Positions 58,010 to 64,000 of a DNA stretch of 64,000 bases are shown one piece after another (positions within the stretch are counted from its first letter, which is position 1; each line of letters opens with the position of its first letter). Position numbers and translations under genes: made by a program. Below the pieces are notes generated by a model that saw only the letters and a program-made list of their open reading frames with translations, did not search any database and was not told the DNA's origin. This DNA is from Paraspadella gotoi (lineage: Eukaryota; Animalia; Chaetognatha): contig CM119264.1 in NCBI GenBank assembly GCA_051294375.1, positions 3,267,575 to 3,331,574 on the forward strand, in the 5' to 3' direction.

Positions 58010-58830
58010 TCAGTTTTTACGTTTTTGCCTCCGATTTTATTATTTTCTCTTTTACTCTTCCTCCCTTTTCTTTTTACTCTTCCTCCCTTTTCTTTTTATT
58101 CTTTTTCGCTTTCCTTTTTACTCTTCCTCCCTTTCCTGTTTGCTCTTTCCTCCTTTCCTTTTTACTTCTCCCTTTCCTTTTTAGTCTTTCTCCCTTTATT
58201 TTTTACTCTTTCTCCCTTTCTTTTTTTACTCTTTAGCCCTTTCTTGTTTGCTCTTCCTTGCTTTCCTTTTTACTTCTCCCTTTCCTTTTTACTCTTCTTC
58301 TTTTTCATTTTTACTCTTCCTCCCTTTCCTTTTTATTCTTCCCCTTTCCTTTTTACTCTTCCTCCCTCTCCTTTTTACTATTCCTCCCTTTCCTTTTTAC
58401 TCTTCTTCCCTTTTCTCTTTACTTGTCCTCCCTTTACTTTTTACTTCTCTCTTTCTGTTTTACTCTTCCTCCCTTTCCTTTTTACTCTTCCTCCCTTTCC
58501 TTTTTACTCTTCCTCCTTTTCCTTTTTACTCTTCCTTCCTTTTCTTTTTACTATTTAGCCCTTTCCTATTTGCTCTTCCTTCCTTTCCTTTTTACTTCTC
58601 CCTTTTTTACTTTGCTTTTTACTCTTCCTTCCTTTGCTTTTTACTCTTCCTACCTTTCTTTTTTACTATTCCTCCTTTTCCTTTTCTTTTTCTTTTTTCC
58701 TTTCTTTTTTACTCTTCTTCCCTTTACTTTTTACTTCTATCTTTCCGTTTTACTCTTCCTCCCTTTCCTTTTTACTCTTTCTCCCTTTCCTTTTTACTCT
58801 TCCTGTTTTTTCTTTTTATTTTCCTCCGCA
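58010..58830. repeat. ~22-bp polypyrimidine minisatellite TTTTTACTCTTCCTCCCTTTCC
   Basis: Directly visible; explains the long F/L/P/S ORFs. Confidence 0.85.
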
Positions 58831-59844
58831 TGTTGGCGAAGTCGTTTGGCCGTCGAGTTTTTTCTTCAGAATCTTTAGCCTTTTTCGACGCTTCCATTCC
58901 TTTTCTTCTTCACCTCTTTTACTTTTTTTTAGATCTTTTTTTCTTTTCTTTTCCTTTCCTTTCCTTTTCTTTTCTTTCCTTTCCTTTTCTTTCTTTTCTT
59001 TTTTTTTCTTTACTCAACTTTTCTTTTCTTTTTTTTTTTTTTCCACATTTTCTCATTCTTCTCTACCTTATGTTGACAACAGTGGTCTTCACTTTTGTCT
59101 TCCTTTTCCAATTTTATGTCAATTTTTTGTTTATTTTTCCTTTTTTCTCTCATTCTTCTATCTTACTTACCTATTTTTCCACTCTTCTCACTCCTAAACT
59201 TCTCTATCATACCTCTCCTTCCACTCTTATTAATCCTAAACCTCTCTAACATACCTCTTCTTCCACTCTTCTCACTCCTAAACTTCTCTATCGTACCTCT
59301 CTCCCTCTCTTATCTCTCGAATCTCAAACATATTTTTCTGTTTCTTCTCTTTCTTTTGTTCCGATTTAAACCTTCACCTCAATTTCCCATCAACATATTT
59401 CTTCCTCTTCTTCTCTTTTTTTTTCTCTTTTTTTTTTTAGGGAAAATTTCTTTTCTTTTTTAAAAAAAAAAAACCTTTTCTTTCTTTTTTTCCTCTTTTT
59501 TTTAATTTTCCATATTTTTCCGCTCTCGTGATTTTGAGACGAAGGATCATCCTTCCTTAACGAATCCACATTCACAAACCATTCACAAACCATTCCCCTC
59601 ACACTCGGTTTCACCATCCGTCCCTTCTCCGTTTCCACCCCTCACCACCACGACCGATCACCCCGTCGATGCTCGACGCCCCGAAGCGACTTTCCAATCA
59701 TATTCAATGTTTTTTTAATCAGTCTCCCTTCCTCCTCTTCCTTCTCCTCTTCCTCTTCCTCTTCCTCCCCTTTCTTTTAGCAACGCGAACTTCGCCGCCG
59801 CCACAAGGCTCCATTATTCATTCGACAGTAACCGGTCCGCCGCC

Positions 59845-60165
59845 TTCTTTCTCTTTACTCTACCTACAGGGCGATCCTATCTCACTTTTTCTCTCTAATT
59901 CTCTACAGGGCGAGTCTATCTCTCCCTTTTCTCTTTATTCTCCTACAGAGTGATCCTATTTCTCATTTCTCTCTACTCCTTACAGGGCGATCATAACTCT
60001 CATTTTTGTCTTGATTCCCCTACAGGTTGATCTTATTCCGATTTTTTCTCTCTTGACCTCTACAGAGCAATGCTATCGCTACCTTGGATCTGTATTCCCT
60101 TACATGGCGATCCTATCTCTCCTTTTTCTCTATAATCCCCTACAGGACGACTATTTTCTCTTTTT
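59845..60165. repeat. ~40-bp degenerate tandem repeat (pyrimidine tract + CTACAGGGCGATCCTATC), ~8 copies
   Basis: TACAG/TACAT cores near 59865, 59904, 59945, 59982, 60021, 60061, 60101, 60141. Confidence 0.75.
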
Positions 60166-61378
60166 CTCTTTGCTATATTCCTTTCTTTTTATCCTTTCTC
60201 CCTTTTCTTTCTTATTTTCACCTCCTTTTTTCTATCTCTCTATCTCTGTTTCACTCGGTGCTCCCTACATTCCTTTTTAACATTTCCTTGATTTTTTTTC
60301 TTTCTTTCTTTATCTTATGGCTTCTTTCCTTCTTTCGCTTTCTTATCTTTTTTCTTTGGCTTATCTTTCTTTCTTCTTCTTAATCTTTCTTTCATATATT
60401 CTTTCTTTCCTTTTCTTTCTTTCCTTCTGTTCTTTTATTGTTCGTTTCTTTGATTTTCCTGCTGCTCTCTCTCTCATGCGGATTTCTCTAAATCTCTCTC
60501 TGTCGGTCTCGATCCTCTTTCGCTCATCTCTCCTTTCTCCTCCTCTTTTCTCCCCCCCCCTCTCCCCTCTTTTTTGTTTTTTCCCCCTTATGAGCTCCTT
60601 TTCCCTCTCTCTCTCCCGTCTCTGTCTCTCTCCTCCCTCTCTTCGTCTTTTTTCGCGTCTTTTGGGACATCGGAGGGCGGGATGGGACAGGGGAACGCGC
60701 GAATGGAATCGGGGGAAGATGGAATGTTAAATAAAAAAGTATGTCTCTCTCTTCTCTCTCTCGATCTCATCTCACCAGTCTGGCTCTATCTCGACGAGTG
60801 GCGGTACGTGCTGCACAAAAATAAAAACAAAAAAAAGAAAAAAAACAAAAAAAAAAAGAGAAAAAAAAAAAAAAAAAAAAATAAAAAAAAAAAAAAAAAA
60901 AAAAAAAGAAAAAAATAAAAAAAAAAAAAAAAAAAAAAAAAAGGGGGTTGCGCGTAAGTGTGGCCAAAGTGTGTGGTCGTCCGGCGATCCGATCGGACGG
61001 TACGGGAGAGAGCAGGAGCCTCTTAGTCTCTCGTCTCTCTCTCTCTTCTTCTCTCTCTCTGTCGGTCGCTGTTATTGTTATCGTTGTTGTTGTTGTCACT
61101 TCTCGATTTCATCGTCTCTGTCTATAACATCGTCGACCTCTTTTTTCCGGATGGTTGAAATCGTGTGTCATTCTCGCTGTCAACCTTTTCTTTCTACAAA
61201 TTCTGAAAAGGAAAATGAACAAGAATAGAAGAAAGAAGAAAAAAGGTAAGAAAGAAAAGATAAGAAGATTAAAAAAAAGATATAAAGTAAAAAAGAAAGA
61301 AAAAAAAATAAAAAAAGATAAGAAGAAAGAAAGAAAGAAGAAAAGAAGAAAGAAAGAAAGAAAGAAAGAAGAAAGAAA

Positions 61379-61411
<33 letters not shown>

Positions 61412-61797
61412 AGAAAAAAAAAACAAGAAAATTACGGAGGTTAATTTTAGTATAAAAAAATGAGGAAAATGGAAAAAAAAAAAGAGAGAGAGAGAGAGGA
61501 AAGCCCTCGAGATGTGATTGTTTTATCGAAGGCGTAAATAGTTGCACCAAGTCTCGCTCTCTATTCCGCCATCTCTCTCTCTCTCATCTCTCTCGAGTCT
61601 CGTCTGCTCTCTCAGCTCATCTACGGTATGCTCTCTCCTCAGTCTTCTTCTCATCATCCGTCTCTCTCGCATATGCATCGAGTCGTTCTCTCGCGCCCCC
61701 CTTTCCATCGGGCGGCCTCGCATTCATGAGAAAAATGTTTTAAAACAAAGAGAAAAGCATGAGAGAGAGAGAGAGAGAGAAGAGAGAGAGAGAAGAG

Positions 61798-61830
<33 letters not shown>

Positions 61831-62545
61831 TTTATAGAAGAGAGAGATGAAAAGAAGTCCATCACTCTTATGGGATGTAAAGTCGTTTATTTAACGCAAA
61901 CAACGACACAACAACAACAACAAAATAGCAGCAGTTGGGATCTCGCGACTCTCGTGTCGGCGAGCCGCTGACGGACAAACAGACTGATGCAATGTCACCC
62001 ATAGAGACATACGGAACGAGAGACGGACTGACGCAAAGACAGAAAAAAGACAGGCAGACAAAAAGACAGGCGTACAGAAAGTCAGACGGAAGACAGAAAA
62101 ACAGACGGCAGACAGAAAGACAGACAGGCAGAAAGAAAGACAGAGATGCAGAAAGAAAGACAGATAGGTAGAAAAAAGACAGACAGGCAGAAAGAAAGAC
62201 AGACAAGTAGAAAAAAGATGGACAGACAGAAAAAGATACAGACAGACAGACAGAAAGAAAAACTACAAATGTCTTGAGTGACGTAACTGACTTTTTTGAG
62301 AGGAATAAACTCCTTTGAAAAACTCTCTCTCGTTCTCTCTTTCTCTCTCTCACTCTCACTCTCTCTCACTCTCACTCTCTCTCTCTCTCTCTCATCCGCA
62401 TTCCTGACGGCGAGGTTTTCATGACTGAATGTTGATATTTGTCACCTCGATCTTCGCATTCTCAGCCAAAGCAGACGATGTGTTAAAATAATTTTTTTTG
62501 CGCTTTCTTTGGAATTTGTAGAAGAGAAATACGAGAAGTAGTACG

Positions 62546-62626
<81 letters not shown>

Positions 62627-64000
62627 TGGTACATAATAGATAGTAGTTTCCTGAGATATGTTTAAAGATAAAAAAAAACAAAATAACAAAGAAAGGAAAA
62701 CATGTGTCGACCTTGTGTCGCTTTCCGCTTAAAACTTTTTTCATCAAAACAAAAGTCACAAGTTCTACGAATCTTCTTCTTTGATTAACTTTTTCAATTT
62801 CGCAATTCTTGTGATTATTTGTTAGGATTCATGATTTTAAAAAGATTTGGCATAATAACCGCTTTTATTTGCGCTGTTGTATTCTGTATTCTGAGATCAT
62901 TTGTTAGCATCTACGATTCTGTGATTACCCGCGATCATTTGTTTCACTGTATTTTGTGATCATTTGTAACAGCGACCCATTGCCTGCCCAGGCCCGTCTC
63001 TTGAATAAATCTAAATCTACAATTCTTGACTGTTGAAACCGAATTTCAATTCAGTTACATCGACTTTGAGGAAAAATATCAGCGCTTTTTTCAAATTTAA
63101 TTTATATTTTTTCGTAGATAGTAATTCTTAGTCATCCGTAATTATTTGTTATCGTAAGAAATAAACTTGTAAATCGCTAAGTACAGTTTTCTTGAAAATA
63201 TTTTTTTATAATTTCTGTATGAAAAACATTTTTTCAGGATATTTTAGTTTTTTTTAAATTTTTCACGGAAAAGTGTAAAAAGTTTAAAAACTTAATTAGT
63301 CTAAATGTCAAGTTTAAACTTTTCTTCTGTTCGTCAATTTTATGTAAATATAAGAAATATTAGGTCAAAAATTTTTAACATTCCTTTGTCTGGCTAAAAC
63401 AGCTGTTAAGAATTTCTAAAACAGTAAAAGCGGAAATTTGCATATTTTGAATCTTATGACTTGAAGAGTTTTAGAATTTAAAACACAAATAAACTTTGTT
63501 TTGTTTTTAACCAAAATCGCAATGAATTAAAAACAATATATTAAGTAATTATACTATTAAGTTTGTTAAAGTTTTTAGAAATATCAAATTTTATTTTGTA
63601 TTTCAAAGTTGGTGCGACAAAGCCGTCTATTTGACGCCGCTAGGGTTTGTCCATTAAGCGCCGGCTGGTTTCGTCCATTTAGCGCCGACCTCAGTTTTGT
63701 CGTCGATCCCTCATTTGACTCTGCGTCCATTGTGAGTCGACGAAACGACGCCGCTTTGAGAATGCCGGGGCACCTCGTGAAACGGCGCTCCTTTTAAACC
63801 GACTCGGCTCATGAACCGGCGCGCTTTTTGAAAACTAAAGGCTGAATTACTTCGACCTATAAAACAAGTTTTTCTAATTTTCTTTTTTTCTTTATTTTAG
63901 TTTATTTTTCTTTTTTTTTTAACCAAATTTTTTTAGTTAAAAATTGCTGTTGATTTGCTATCTTACTAAATCTTTTAAAAAACTGTCACATTTAATAAAC

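Noticed and set aside
63600-63850. GC-rich island with GTCCATTWAGCGCCG repeated twice
   Set aside because: Possibly a transposon subterminal remnant, but there is no partner end or ORF in the window.

Overview
This is AT-rich, microsatellite-saturated eukaryotic (probably invertebrate animal) genomic DNA from a gap-filled draft assembly. Almost every ORF in the supplied track is a translation of simple repeats. The one well-supported gene is a + strand, ~17-exon CatSper4-like sperm cation-channel subunit (~26.7-35.7 kb), reconstructed by hand: S1-S6, six-Arg S4, TEDGWWD pore, coiled coil and a putative His-rich N-terminus. Intergenic DNA holds two families of non-autonomous Helentron-like (HINE) elements and a minimal Penelope-type hammerhead ribozyme motif (24.5 kb, - strand). 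The most notable element is a ~380 bp TG...CA-bounded repeat at 45.5-45.9 kb that combines a tRNA-derived Pol III head with a degenerate, circularly permuted twister-like ribozyme; a decayed second copy lies in a CatSper intron. Exon 3' ends with their splice donors are repeatedly echoed into downstream introns. The large direct and inverted duplications (0-12.8 kb, 38-45 kb, 47.6-55.3 kb) abut 25-N gaps and carry indel-rich copies, so they are most likely long-read gap-filling artefacts.
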